A stretch of 37,217 nucleotides of DNA from Candidatus Acidiferrales bacterium (lineage in GTDB: Bacteria; Desulfobacterota; Binatia; Binatales; Binataceae), in assembly GCA_035602775.1 (NCBI GenBank), contig DATNLS010000245.1:1-37217 (forward strand), given 5' to 3'. Shown here piece after piece: positions 9,269 through 17,937 of the stretch (positions are counted from its first letter, which is position 1; each line of letters opens with the position of its first letter). A model generated the notes under the pieces. The model made no database searches, was not told the DNA's origin, and was given only the letters and a program-made list of their open reading frames with translations. A program made the position numbers and the translations under genes.

Positions 9269-10501
9269 TCAGTTCCGCGCCGCGTCGAGTCCTTCGTAAA
9301 TCGGGATCAGCTCGCGCGCCATGCGGGCGCGATCGAAGCGAGCCTCCGCGGTTTGGCGCGCGGCCGCGCCCAGGCGCGCTCTCATCGGCGCGTCGCACAC
9401 CAGTTGACGGATCGAATCCGCCAGCGCCGCCGCGTCACCCGGCGCGATCGCGATTGCGTCCTGTCCGGAGGTCACGATTTCCAGCGCGCCACCCGCCGCC
9501 GCCGCGATCACCGCCTTGCCGCATGCCATCGCTTCCGCGATCACGCGGCCGAACGGTTCAGGACTGGTGCTGGCGTGCACTACGATATCGAGTGCGCGAA
9601 TCGCCGCCGCCGGCTGGTCGACGAAGCCGGTGAAGCCCACGTTGCCGTCGAGCGAGAGAGTGTCCGCGAGACGACGCAGTTTCCCTAAATCAGCCTGGCT
9701 GCCGCGCGTGCTGTAGAGGCTGCCGCCGATGACGTAGCCACGCACGAGCAGATCCCGCGGAAGCATCGCAAGCGCGCGCAGAAAAATCTCGTGCCCCTTC
9801 CATTGCGCCATCGTCGCGAGCAAACCGACTCGCACCAGCTCGCCCGCCGGACGGGCCAGCGCGGACAGCGCGTCCAGATTGGCCGCAGCGCCCGCGGGGT
9901 TGAACGTCTCGAGGTCGATGCCATTGAGAATCGCCACGGTCCTGGGAATTTGCGGACACGCCATGCGTAAGTCGTCGGCGACGCTGCGCGAATTGGTGAC
10001 AGCGACCGCGCATCGCCGCGAATGCATCGCGAGCAGGCGCGACATTGCCGGACGATTCCCCACGTAATCGCGCACGTGCCAGATGATCGGCACCGACTCA
10101 GGCGCCGTCCACGCAGCCAGGATGTGCGCCTTGAAGCCGTTGGAATGCACCACGTCGGGACGCTCCCCCGAGATCGCCGCGCGCAAGGCCGGCACATGCG
10201 ACAGCGCCGCGATCCCCGCGCGGCCAAGTCCCACAACAAACTTCGCTTTCGTGGTCCGCATCGCGCCGTCCGACGAGCTGGCCACCGCGGAATCGCCGAA
10301 TTGCGCCAGCCCCGCCGGATACTCGAGCGCCCAGGCCGCGACTCCGATTTCGCGCGCGGCTTCGATCAACGGGCCGTCCTCGCCCGCTATCAGCGACAGC
10401 TTCCAGTCCGGCCGCAGCGCGCGCACCTCGGTCATGACGTCGAGCAGACTGCGCTCACCGCCGCCAAACTGCGCTTTCGGATTTAGGTAGAGAATCTTCA
10501 C
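9269..10501 (-). CDS. Glycosyltransferase family 4
   Basis: N-terminus (GTG start) MKILYLNPKAQFGGGERS and C-terminal region EPFGRVIAEAMACGKAVIAAAAGGALEIV. Confidence 0.9.
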   Translation of the reverse strand: MKILYLNPKAQFGGGERSLLDVMTEVRALRPDWKLSLIAGEDGPLIEAAREIGVAAWALEYPAGLAQFGDSAVASSSDGAMRTTKAKFVVGLGRAGIAALSHVPALRAAISGERPDVVHSNGFKAHILAAWTAPESVPIIWHVRDYVGNRPAMSRLLAMHSRRCAVAVTNSRSVADDLRMACPQIPRTVAILNGIDLETFNPAGAAANLDALSALARPAGELVRVGLLATMAQWKGHEIFLRALAMLPRDLLVRGYVIGGSLYSTRGSQADLGKLRRLADTLSLDGNVGFTGFVDQPAAAIRALDIVVHASTSPEPFGRVIAEAMACGKAVIAAAAGGALEIVTSGQDAIAIAPGDAAALADSIRQLVCDAPMRARLGAAARQTAEARFDRARMARELIPIYEGLDAARN

Positions 10502-10525
10502 GCGCGTGAGGCGACCGCGGTGCCG

Positions 10526-13402
10526 CTACGGCGTCTGGGTTCCTGCCGGCGCGGAGGCGTTGGCGAACCTTTTGTGGAAATCGTCGGCGTGAGCTTTGTA
10601 AGCCGCGTTGTCCGGCGCGAGTTGCGCTGCGCGCGCGTACGCCTTGTCGGCGTCGGCGTAGTTGTATGCCTTCTCGTCCGCGCCGCCTAGTATTTCGTAA
10701 GCCACCGCCGAATCCGGCCGTAACTGGATCGCCGTGGTCAGCACGGTCACGGCCTGGTTGAAATCATGATTCTCACTGTAGAGTCCGCCGAGGCGGATCA
10801 TCACGTCGAACGAGTCAGGACGTTCGGCGGCGATCTGTTTGGTCGCGGCGATCGCAGACGGCAAGTCGCCCATTGATTGCGCGGCGCCCGCGAGCATTGT
10901 CTCCATCGCGTAGCTGTCGATGCCGTTGTCGATCGCCTGCGCGACGGTGTGCTTGACCCCCGCGACATCCTTTTGCGGCACATACACATTCATCGTCAGC
11001 GCGTAGTACGCGGCTGTGTCGTCGGGCTCGATTGCTATCGCCTGCTGGAGAAGTGACTCCGCGCGTTTGAAATCGGATCCCCGCGACGCCGCCGACGCAG
11101 CGTTCAGCAGGTAGGTGTACTGCGTGTGAGAGTCGCGCGCGTGCTGCGCCGCGCTGGCATAGAGCGACGCTTCGTCGGAATATTTTCCGACCCCGTCATA
11201 GAATGTGGCCGCAGCCTCGAGTGCGCCGGGAACCTGCTCCGCCGTAGCGCGCGTGATTCCTCGCTCGATTGCGTCGCGTTCATCCGGCGACAGCCATCCG
11301 ATTAGCCGATCCGACATATAAGGATGCGTCTGTGGCGCCGGCGAGTTGTACACTGAAAGCTCCATCTGCTCGAGCGCGTCGTTGCCGCGGCCGGCGACCG
11401 CCAGGTCGCGCATGTAGGCGTCGCGCGTGTACGGATTCATCGGGTCGAGCGCGAGCGCGATCTGCCTCTCGCGCAGTCGGTCTGCCAGCGGCATGCGGGA
11501 GCCGAGCGCGTCCGCCGTCGCTTCATGGGAAAAGGTGTTTGCCGGGTACAGCAGCAGGATCGATTTCGCCTGCGCGGGCGAAACCGGCGGCAGCAGATTG
11601 TACGGATAGGCAACCGAGGGCTGCACGAAGGTCGCCATCAGCATCGCGATCGCCGCTATCGGCACCCAGGTTCGCGCGAACTTTCCGCGCGCCGGCTGGA
11701 ATTCGCCGCCGTTGGGATCGTCGTCGATAGTCCACGCCCACGAAACCCTGACCGCGAGTCCGAGAATCATCGCAAAGAAAAAAGCGATCGCCGGAATCTG
11801 CAAATCGAAATCGAAAAACTCGACCACGCACATGACGACCAGCGCCGCCACCAGCGCCGCCTGTATCGGTAAAATTCCTAACGGCAGTTGCGCGAACCTG
11901 CGATAGATGAAGATCGCCGATCGCAGCAGGAACCACGCCACCAGCGCCAGACCGACGATCCCGGTCTCGGCGATCATCTGCAGGTAGTCGTTGTGCGCCT
12001 CTGAAAAATAAAGTTCCGACCACGGCCGCGCCCGGTAGCGGGTGAACAGCTCAGGCCACGTCCGCAGTCCTGTCCCCACCGCGGCAAAATCCTCGACCAT
12101 TCTGAGTCCGTTAAGCCACGTATTCACCCGGCTAGGCAAACCGGCGTCGGCATCGACCGAGTTCTGTACCCGCGAGCTCACCTGGCTGCGGCCGCTGGCT
12201 CCGATGAACAGCATCGCGAGCAACAGCATGCCAACCGCGCCCGCCACCGCAATGCGTCGAGACCGGGTTGCGCGCTCGCGGTCCTCCTCTCCGCGCGAAT
12301 TCAGGACCATCACCATCGCCACCCCGAGGACGAGGCCGATCCAACCCGCGCGCGATTGGCTCAATATGATCGCGGCCATCAGCACGAACGACGTCACGCT
12401 GCATGCAATCCGGTACCCGTTCGACCATCGCGCGGACACTAGCGGACTGCCGAAGAACGTCCCTGAAATCGCGAGCGGGAAAATCATCGCCAGGAAGCCG
12501 GCGAAATGATCGGGGTCAACGAACGGGCCGCTCGCCCGCGGCACCACGTCGAGCATCGGCGCGCCCCAATCGAGCGGCACGAAGAACCACAGGATCCTGC
12601 CGTTCCAGGTCGCCTGCTGAATCAGTCCAATTGTCGCGATCCCCAAACCCACCGCTATGAAGACCGTCACGACCGACCCCACCAGCCAATTGCGCTCGAC
12701 CTTCGACGCGGCTGCGCCGATCGGCAGGAACGCCACCAGCACGAACAGCGCCCCGCACGCGGCAAACATGATCAGCCCCGACCACGACAGCTCCGGCGCA
12801 ATAGAAAGCGGCCGCCATCGCGTCGAGTAAATTTTCGAAAGCCGCTGTGAGCTTCGATCTGAGTAAGTGCCGCCTGTCTGGCTGGTGTTCGGCGCAGTCG
12901 GTGCGGTCTCCGATTTCGGCGCGAATGGAATCGGCGCCCCAGCCTTCACTTCCTTGACCGTAGGCAGCACGACCGTCGCGGCGTTGCTCGACGCAGCACC
13001 CGCGGCTACCGGTTTGAGAGAACCCTCGAGCCCGGCATACGGCGTCTGCGCTGGCCATCCGGGAAATACCTGCTCGTATAGCCGGTAGGTCGATGGCGAA
13101 AGGACATGAATCGCGACCGGCGGCAGCGGGATCAACTGCAGCAGGGCAAACGCGAGAAACGCCACGATTGGAATCGCGAAGGTTCGAAGCTGTATAGCGA
13201 TCTCCTCCGGCTGCCCGTCGCGCGCCGCCCGTCCAAATGGCCACAACAGCATCAGCGCGAACGCCAACGCTTCCCCGATCTTATATGCCCACGGATGGAC
13301 CGCTCCGAACGCCAGCGGCATGAACACCGCCAGGAAGACAATGCCGGCCATCAGCAGCGTCCGGCGCCTGCGGCTTTCGGGCACGCGACTCGAGTCGGTC
13401 AT
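10526..13402 (-). CDS. Wzy_C / O-antigen-ligase-like polytopic membrane protein fused to C-terminal TPR repeats
   Basis: 958 aa. The membrane half carries SQSRAGWIGLVLGV and FSEAHNDYLQMIAETGIVGL (Wzy_C/WaaL/PglL-type loop with conserved His). The C-terminal ~350 aa holds TPR-like units (AIEPDDTAAYYAL, QLRPDSAVAYEILG, QLAPDNAAYKAHAD). Confidence 0.85.
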   Translation of the reverse strand: MTDSSRVPESRRRRTLLMAGIVFLAVFMPLAFGAVHPWAYKIGEALAFALMLLWPFGRAARDGQPEEIAIQLRTFAIPIVAFLAFALLQLIPLPPVAIHVLSPSTYRLYEQVFPGWPAQTPYAGLEGSLKPVAAGAASSNAATVVLPTVKEVKAGAPIPFAPKSETAPTAPNTSQTGGTYSDRSSQRLSKIYSTRWRPLSIAPELSWSGLIMFAACGALFVLVAFLPIGAAASKVERNWLVGSVVTVFIAVGLGIATIGLIQQATWNGRILWFFVPLDWGAPMLDVVPRASGPFVDPDHFAGFLAMIFPLAISGTFFGSPLVSARWSNGYRIACSVTSFVLMAAIILSQSRAGWIGLVLGVAMVMVLNSRGEEDRERATRSRRIAVAGAVGMLLLAMLFIGASGRSQVSSRVQNSVDADAGLPSRVNTWLNGLRMVEDFAAVGTGLRTWPELFTRYRARPWSELYFSEAHNDYLQMIAETGIVGLALVAWFLLRSAIFIYRRFAQLPLGILPIQAALVAALVVMCVVEFFDFDLQIPAIAFFFAMILGLAVRVSWAWTIDDDPNGGEFQPARGKFARTWVPIAAIAMLMATFVQPSVAYPYNLLPPVSPAQAKSILLLYPANTFSHEATADALGSRMPLADRLRERQIALALDPMNPYTRDAYMRDLAVAGRGNDALEQMELSVYNSPAPQTHPYMSDRLIGWLSPDERDAIERGITRATAEQVPGALEAAATFYDGVGKYSDEASLYASAAQHARDSHTQYTYLLNAASAASRGSDFKRAESLLQQAIAIEPDDTAAYYALTMNVYVPQKDVAGVKHTVAQAIDNGIDSYAMETMLAGAAQSMGDLPSAIAATKQIAAERPDSFDVMIRLGGLYSENHDFNQAVTVLTTAIQLRPDSAVAYEILGGADEKAYNYADADKAYARAAQLAPDNAAYKAHADDFHKRFANASAPAGTQTP

Positions 13403-13478
13403 TGGATTTTGCGGATTTTACGCAGGATGAGGATTTTCGCGCGGCGCGCCCGATCAAATCGAGCGCCCGACGGAGACA

Positions 13479-15893
13479 CTAGGCGGGATCTGGACCGTCG
13501 GAATCCTTGTAGGGCATATCGAACTCGGGATCGGCTTGCGTGTAGTGATTGTAGTAGTGCGAGTAGTGCCCGTAATTCGGATGTTTCAAATCTATCTCGT
13601 TGAGCAGCACGCCGAAGAGTTTTGCCCGCGCGTATTCCAGCTTAGCGCACGCCATCTTCACGTGATGCTTCGAGGTCTTGGTGCTGTTCACCACCAACAC
13701 CACTCCGTCGACCACCGTGGCCAGCAGCAGCGCGTCGCTCACCGGCATCACCGGCGGCGAGTCGAGGATCACGACGTCGTGTTGATGAGAAACCATCGCG
13801 AGCACCTGGCTCATCCGCTCTGACCCCAGCAATTCAGTCGGATTCGGCGGCAGCGAGCCCGCGCTCATGAACGAGAGGCCGTCGACCACCGTCGTCCTGA
13901 TCACGTCCTGCACTTCGCAGGTGCCGGTCAGCACTTCGGTCAATCCGGAAGAGTTCTCGAGCGCCAGCACGCGATGACAACGCGGCTTTCTGAGATCGCC
14001 GTCAATCAGCAGCACTCGTGCGCCGGTCTGCGCGAACATCGCCGCCGTGTTGGTGGCAGTTACGGTCTTGCCCTCCGAGCTGTGCGCGCTGGTGAACAGT
14101 ATCGTCTTTGGCGGCGCGCCCGCCCGCGACAGCATCAGCGCCGTCCGGAAACTGCGATACGCCTCGCCGACCAGCGAGTACGGGTTTGCAACTCCGAGCA
14201 GCTCGCGCCCGTAGCCTATTTTCTTGACGCTGTTGTCGTCCGGCAGCGCGGGAACTCCTTTCGCCTTCAGGCGATCCTCCGGCAGCAGGGGCGTTCCCTT
14301 CGCCTTCAAGCGAAGGTTGGCGAATGACGGAATCGCTCCGATGTTCGGAACCCGCAGGTAGCGCTCGACCTGCTCCGGCGTCTTGAGGGTCGTGTCCAGG
14401 TATTCCAGTCCGAAGACCAGTCCAATCACGGCGACCAACGCCAGCGCAGAGTTGCGCATGGTCATGCTGAATTTTCTAGGACTCGACGGCGCGCCCGGCG
14501 TTTCCGCCGGATCCACGATTATGATGTTCGAGGTCTGCGACTCGGCCGCCAGCCCGATTCCCTTCATGCGCTCGAGCACGCTCTCGTAGAGCTCGCGGTT
14601 GGTATCAACCTCGCGCTGAAGAATCGCGTATTCGACCGCGGCGTCGTTGAGCCCGAGCGCCTGCTGGCGCTCCTTGTCCATCTCGGTCTGGAGCTTTTTT
14701 TCCTTGTCCGACGCGGCCTGGTAAGAGCCCTGGATCCCTGAGACGACGCGCGAAATCTGGGCGTCGAGGCGCCGCTGCAACTCCGCCCTCTTCGCCGCCA
14801 ACTGCATCATCGGCGGATAGTCGGGCTTGAACTTTTTCCCCATGCTGGCGTAGTCGGCGTCGAGTGAATTCAATTGCTCTTCTGCCGTCTGAACACCGCC
14901 ATCGCTCATCACCACCGGCATCGAATCGTACTTGCGGCTGTTGATGAGCTGCATCTGCGCTTCGAGTCCGATCCGCTCGACCTGCGCCGTGGTAAGGTCC
15001 TTGCTCAATTCCGAGACGCGGTCGAGAACCACCGTCTCCTTGCCGTCCAGCGACATCAGCCCGGGGATTATTCCCTTCGCGCGGCGGTAGTCGTTGAGCG
15101 CGACCTCCGACTTCTCGAGGCTGTCCTTCAGCTCGCCGAGCCGCTCCTTGAGAAAATTCTCCGCTTCCTCGTTGGATTGGCTGCGAAGCTCGATTCCCAG
15201 CCTGATGTATCCGTGGGCGTGCGCGTTGGCGAGCTTGGCCGCCAGAGTTTTGTCGGACGAAACGTACCCGATCGCTACCAAATCGGTATCGGTAATCGGC
15301 TTGATCTGCAGGCCACTCAGGTAAGCACTGATCAGGTTCGGCGGAACTCCGTTGCTCACCGTATGATCGACCACTGGCGGCGGCGCTTTGCGCCCCTTGG
15401 TGTGATTGAGCCATTGACTGACCGACGACAGCGCCGACGAAATCAGGCCCGGCTGCGGCGCAGGTCCCATGAACGCCTTGTTGGATTCCAGGTTCTCGGC
15501 CCGAATTACGTATGCGGCCAGCGTCCGGCTGCGTAGAATCTCGTATTGAGTTTTCTGGAAGTTCTCGTACATGTCGCTGTCGTACATGTCCTGTAACTGA
15601 TCCTGCGACGCGTCCTTGCCTTCCATGATCTGCGGAGTTCCCGGCTTCAGCAGTATCGTCGCCTGCGCCGTGTACATCGGCGTCTGCATGTAAGCGTAGA
15701 TCGCGGTCAGAACCATCACCCCGAAGACCACCCCGATCACCAGCGCCAGCCGCTTTCTGACTACGTGCCAGTAGCCGACCAGATCGATCCCGCCTTCTTC
15801 CTCGTCGAAGTTCCCCGGGCTGAATCCGGGCACGCGAAGAGGATCGTCGAGCTGTCCGGTGCGCCGAATGAAGTATGGTGACGGTTGCGTCAT
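13479..15893 (-). CDS. Polysaccharide co-polymerase / BY-kinase (Wzc/GumC-like tyrosine autokinase)
   Basis: Two TM segments flank a long coiled-coil periplasmic domain. P-loop kinase motifs: Walker A SSEGKTVTATN, A' LLIDGDLRKP, B VVILDSPPV. Tyr-rich tail NYGHYSHYYNHYTQ. Confidence 0.9.
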   Translation of the reverse strand: MTQPSPYFIRRTGQLDDPLRVPGFSPGNFDEEEGGIDLVGYWHVVRKRLALVIGVVFGVMVLTAIYAYMQTPMYTAQATILLKPGTPQIMEGKDASQDQLQDMYDSDMYENFQKTQYEILRSRTLAAYVIRAENLESNKAFMGPAPQPGLISSALSSVSQWLNHTKGRKAPPPVVDHTVSNGVPPNLISAYLSGLQIKPITDTDLVAIGYVSSDKTLAAKLANAHAHGYIRLGIELRSQSNEEAENFLKERLGELKDSLEKSEVALNDYRRAKGIIPGLMSLDGKETVVLDRVSELSKDLTTAQVERIGLEAQMQLINSRKYDSMPVVMSDGGVQTAEEQLNSLDADYASMGKKFKPDYPPMMQLAAKRAELQRRLDAQISRVVSGIQGSYQAASDKEKKLQTEMDKERQQALGLNDAAVEYAILQREVDTNRELYESVLERMKGIGLAAESQTSNIIIVDPAETPGAPSSPRKFSMTMRNSALALVAVIGLVFGLEYLDTTLKTPEQVERYLRVPNIGAIPSFANLRLKAKGTPLLPEDRLKAKGVPALPDDNSVKKIGYGRELLGVANPYSLVGEAYRSFRTALMLSRAGAPPKTILFTSAHSSEGKTVTATNTAAMFAQTGARVLLIDGDLRKPRCHRVLALENSSGLTEVLTGTCEVQDVIRTTVVDGLSFMSAGSLPPNPTELLGSERMSQVLAMVSHQHDVVILDSPPVMPVSDALLLATVVDGVVLVVNSTKTSKHHVKMACAKLEYARAKLFGVLLNEIDLKHPNYGHYSHYYNHYTQADPEFDMPYKDSDGPDPA

Positions 15894-15908
15894 ATCAGTA
15901 CTCGCGCC

Positions 15909-17162
15909 CTAGAAAGCAATAGCCGGCAGCGTCGGCGCGATGCCCTTCAGTATGTTGTACACGACGTACGGACCAATCTTGGCGTCGGAGTATGGAACGT
16001 CGATTACGTCATTCGCTCGAACCGGGATGTCGGGATCCGCACCGGTGGCAATCTTGTCCAGGTTGACAGGTATAGCAACCTTGTTGCCATTGGCGTCGCT
16101 GCGCATCAGCGTCGCGTCAGCTTCATCGGCTGCATACATCGCTCCTCCTGCCGACCCGACCGCTCCCAGCACCGTCAGTCCGGAACCGACCTGGAAGTAA
16201 CCCGGCCGCTGTACCCACCCGGTCACCATAACGTTGCCGCCTCCAGGGACCACGACTATATCGCCAGGCTCCACCGGCATGTTCATGAAACGCCCGCTTC
16301 CGGTCATCGCGGTGGCCTTCAATGGAATCACGACCGCCGGGCCGTTGCTGACGCTGTTCTGAAGATCGTCGAGAGTCGGCGCGTTTTGCGCTGGCGGCAC
16401 AGTCGGCGCATCGGCGGGAGGATCGGCATGCGGGTCGCCATTATCCGCAGTGCTCACCGGGCGGCCCGCGTCCGAGGCCGGCGACGAAATCGACTGCGAG
16501 ATCCGCTGAAGCTTGAGCGCCTCGCCGCTGACCTGCGGCATGATTACGACCTCGTCGGCCGCCGCGGGCGTCGTGCCGCCCGCCTGCGTCAGCACGTCGA
16601 TAATCGTCTCCCCGGCTCCACTGAGCGTAACCAACCCGGGCGACCGGACCGCCCCAACCACGGCAACCTGCCGGCTCTTGTAAAACTTGACGAACAGATC
16701 GACCTGCGGATCGTACATGTATTTGTCGAGCGCGTGCGTCAGCTTGTCGCGCAGGTCCTGTTCCGTCAGTCCTGCCGCGCGAACCGTTCCGATCAAGGGC
16801 AAGTCGATGTTGCCTTCGGTCCCGACCCTCACCGTGCGCTCCTTGAAGTCGTCCACGCCGGGCACTGAGATCTGAATCACGTCGCCGACGCCAATCGGGT
16901 AGTCGGTTGACGAGGGCTGCGACCGCACAGCCCACAGAGCCTGCAACCGCTCGAGGTTCTTGGGCGAACTGGCAACGCTCGGAACGCGATCTTCCGACAC
17001 TGCGGGCGCCCCGCCCGCTTGAGCCGGCCCTGACGATACGGTGCTGGCCGATGCCGCGGCTTGAGGAGCTTGAGCAGGCGGCGCGCTCGCGCAACCGATC
17101 ACCGCAGCGGCCGCGATCACGCTAATTCCATGTAATGACCAACGAGTCACGTGTCTGATCAT
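15909..17162 (-). CDS. Polysaccharide export outer-membrane lipoprotein (Wza-like: Poly_export + SLBB)
   Basis: ATG at 17162 gives MIRHVTRWSLHGISVIAAAAVIGC (lipobox). Motifs YPIGVGDVIQISV, GDIVVVP and NDVIDVP. The track start at 17243 would overlap the upstream gene, so I prefer 17162, which lies 3 nt after the upstream stop. Confidence 0.85.
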   Translation of the reverse strand: MIRHVTRWSLHGISVIAAAAVIGCASAPPAQAPQAAASASTVSSGPAQAGGAPAVSEDRVPSVASSPKNLERLQALWAVRSQPSSTDYPIGVGDVIQISVPGVDDFKERTVRVGTEGNIDLPLIGTVRAAGLTEQDLRDKLTHALDKYMYDPQVDLFVKFYKSRQVAVVGAVRSPGLVTLSGAGETIIDVLTQAGGTTPAAADEVVIMPQVSGEALKLQRISQSISSPASDAGRPVSTADNGDPHADPPADAPTVPPAQNAPTLDDLQNSVSNGPAVVIPLKATAMTGSGRFMNMPVEPGDIVVVPGGGNVMVTGWVQRPGYFQVGSGLTVLGAVGSAGGAMYAADEADATLMRSDANGNKVAIPVNLDKIATGADPDIPVRANDVIDVPYSDAKIGPYVVYNILKGIAPTLPAIAF

Positions 17163-17164
17163 TT

Positions 17165-17587
17165 CTATTTTGAAACCTTCGCGTCCGGCGTGGCTCCCAG
17201 TTTCGCAATCGCCAATGGTGCCGCCGTTTTGGACAATCCCCAATTCACCGTCAGGCCATCCGCGGGCACGTACGACATCACCGATTGCCCCTTCAACCCG
17301 AGCGTGTAGATTCCCGGCTTGAGACCGCGAATCTCGTATGAACCCTGAGCATCGGAAACCCCCAATCCGGCGGCCGCGCCCGACGAGTCGATCACCGAAA
17401 CCTTGACCCCGACCGCCGGTTCGCCGCTGTCAGTCGCAACACGGCCAACTAAATCCGCGCACGTTGCTGGCGTAGGGCGTATTATTGCGAAGATTCCGGC
17501 GAAGGCCAATGCCGATAGCACTTTTGTTCGGGCACGCGTCCGCCCTCCCGTCATATGGGCGCTCGCATAAAAGACTTTAGAATCCAT
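17165..17587 (-). CDS. Small secreted CarboxypepD_reg-like (Ig-like beta-sandwich) protein
   Basis: From ATG 17587: MDSKVFY..., hydrophobic segment VLSALAFAGIFAII, then LVGRVATDSGEPAVGVKVSVIDSSG...SDAQGSYEIRGLKPGIYTL, typical of carboxypeptidase-regulatory-like domains. The exact start is uncertain. Confidence 0.55.
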   Translation of the reverse strand: MDSKVFYASAHMTGGRTRARTKVLSALAFAGIFAIIRPTPATCADLVGRVATDSGEPAVGVKVSVIDSSGAAAGLGVSDAQGSYEIRGLKPGIYTLGLKGQSVMSYVPADGLTVNWGLSKTAAPLAIAKLGATPDAKVSK

Positions 17588-17937
17588 GTTTCCTACCCGT
17601 TCGTTTCGGCGAAAATGAACGAGCTTCAGCGTCGCCAAACCATCCGCGCCCACGCCGCGATCTCATCCGGTCTCGCAAATTGATCGCGCATCGCTTTGGC
17701 CGGTGATCTTCTAAGAAAATTAACCTTGAGGAAAACGGAAATACGCCACGACCGCAACACTGCCCTCGACCCTCAGCTCAAGGAAGGAAGAATAAGCGCC
17801 AATCTGGTTGCATTGAGAGAAATTATATCGGCCCGGATCGATCGCCCGGATGCTATCAACTTCACAGACGCTAAAGCAAGTGAAGTGTTCCTATGTGTAG
17901 ACGAAATATAGTACGACGCGAGAACGCTCGCAGAGTC

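Noticed and set aside
17822-17827. Perfect TATAAT hexamers: on the minus strand at 17822-17827 (next to the direct repeats atccgggc..atccgggc) and on the plus strand at 30813-30818, 8 nt before GTG 30826.
   Set aside because: No acceptable -35 lies at 16-19 nt in either case. The first would imply a ~225-nt leader and the second a near-leaderless transcript. This is insufficient to call promoters without TSS data.
17696-17911. 71-aa plus-strand ORF (TTG start) in the AT-richer gap between the tailspike-like gene and the CarboxypepD_reg-like gene.
   Set aside because: It has no ATG or SD and no motif, and lies opposite to all neighbours. The region more likely holds the promoter or 5' UTR of the downstream export genes.
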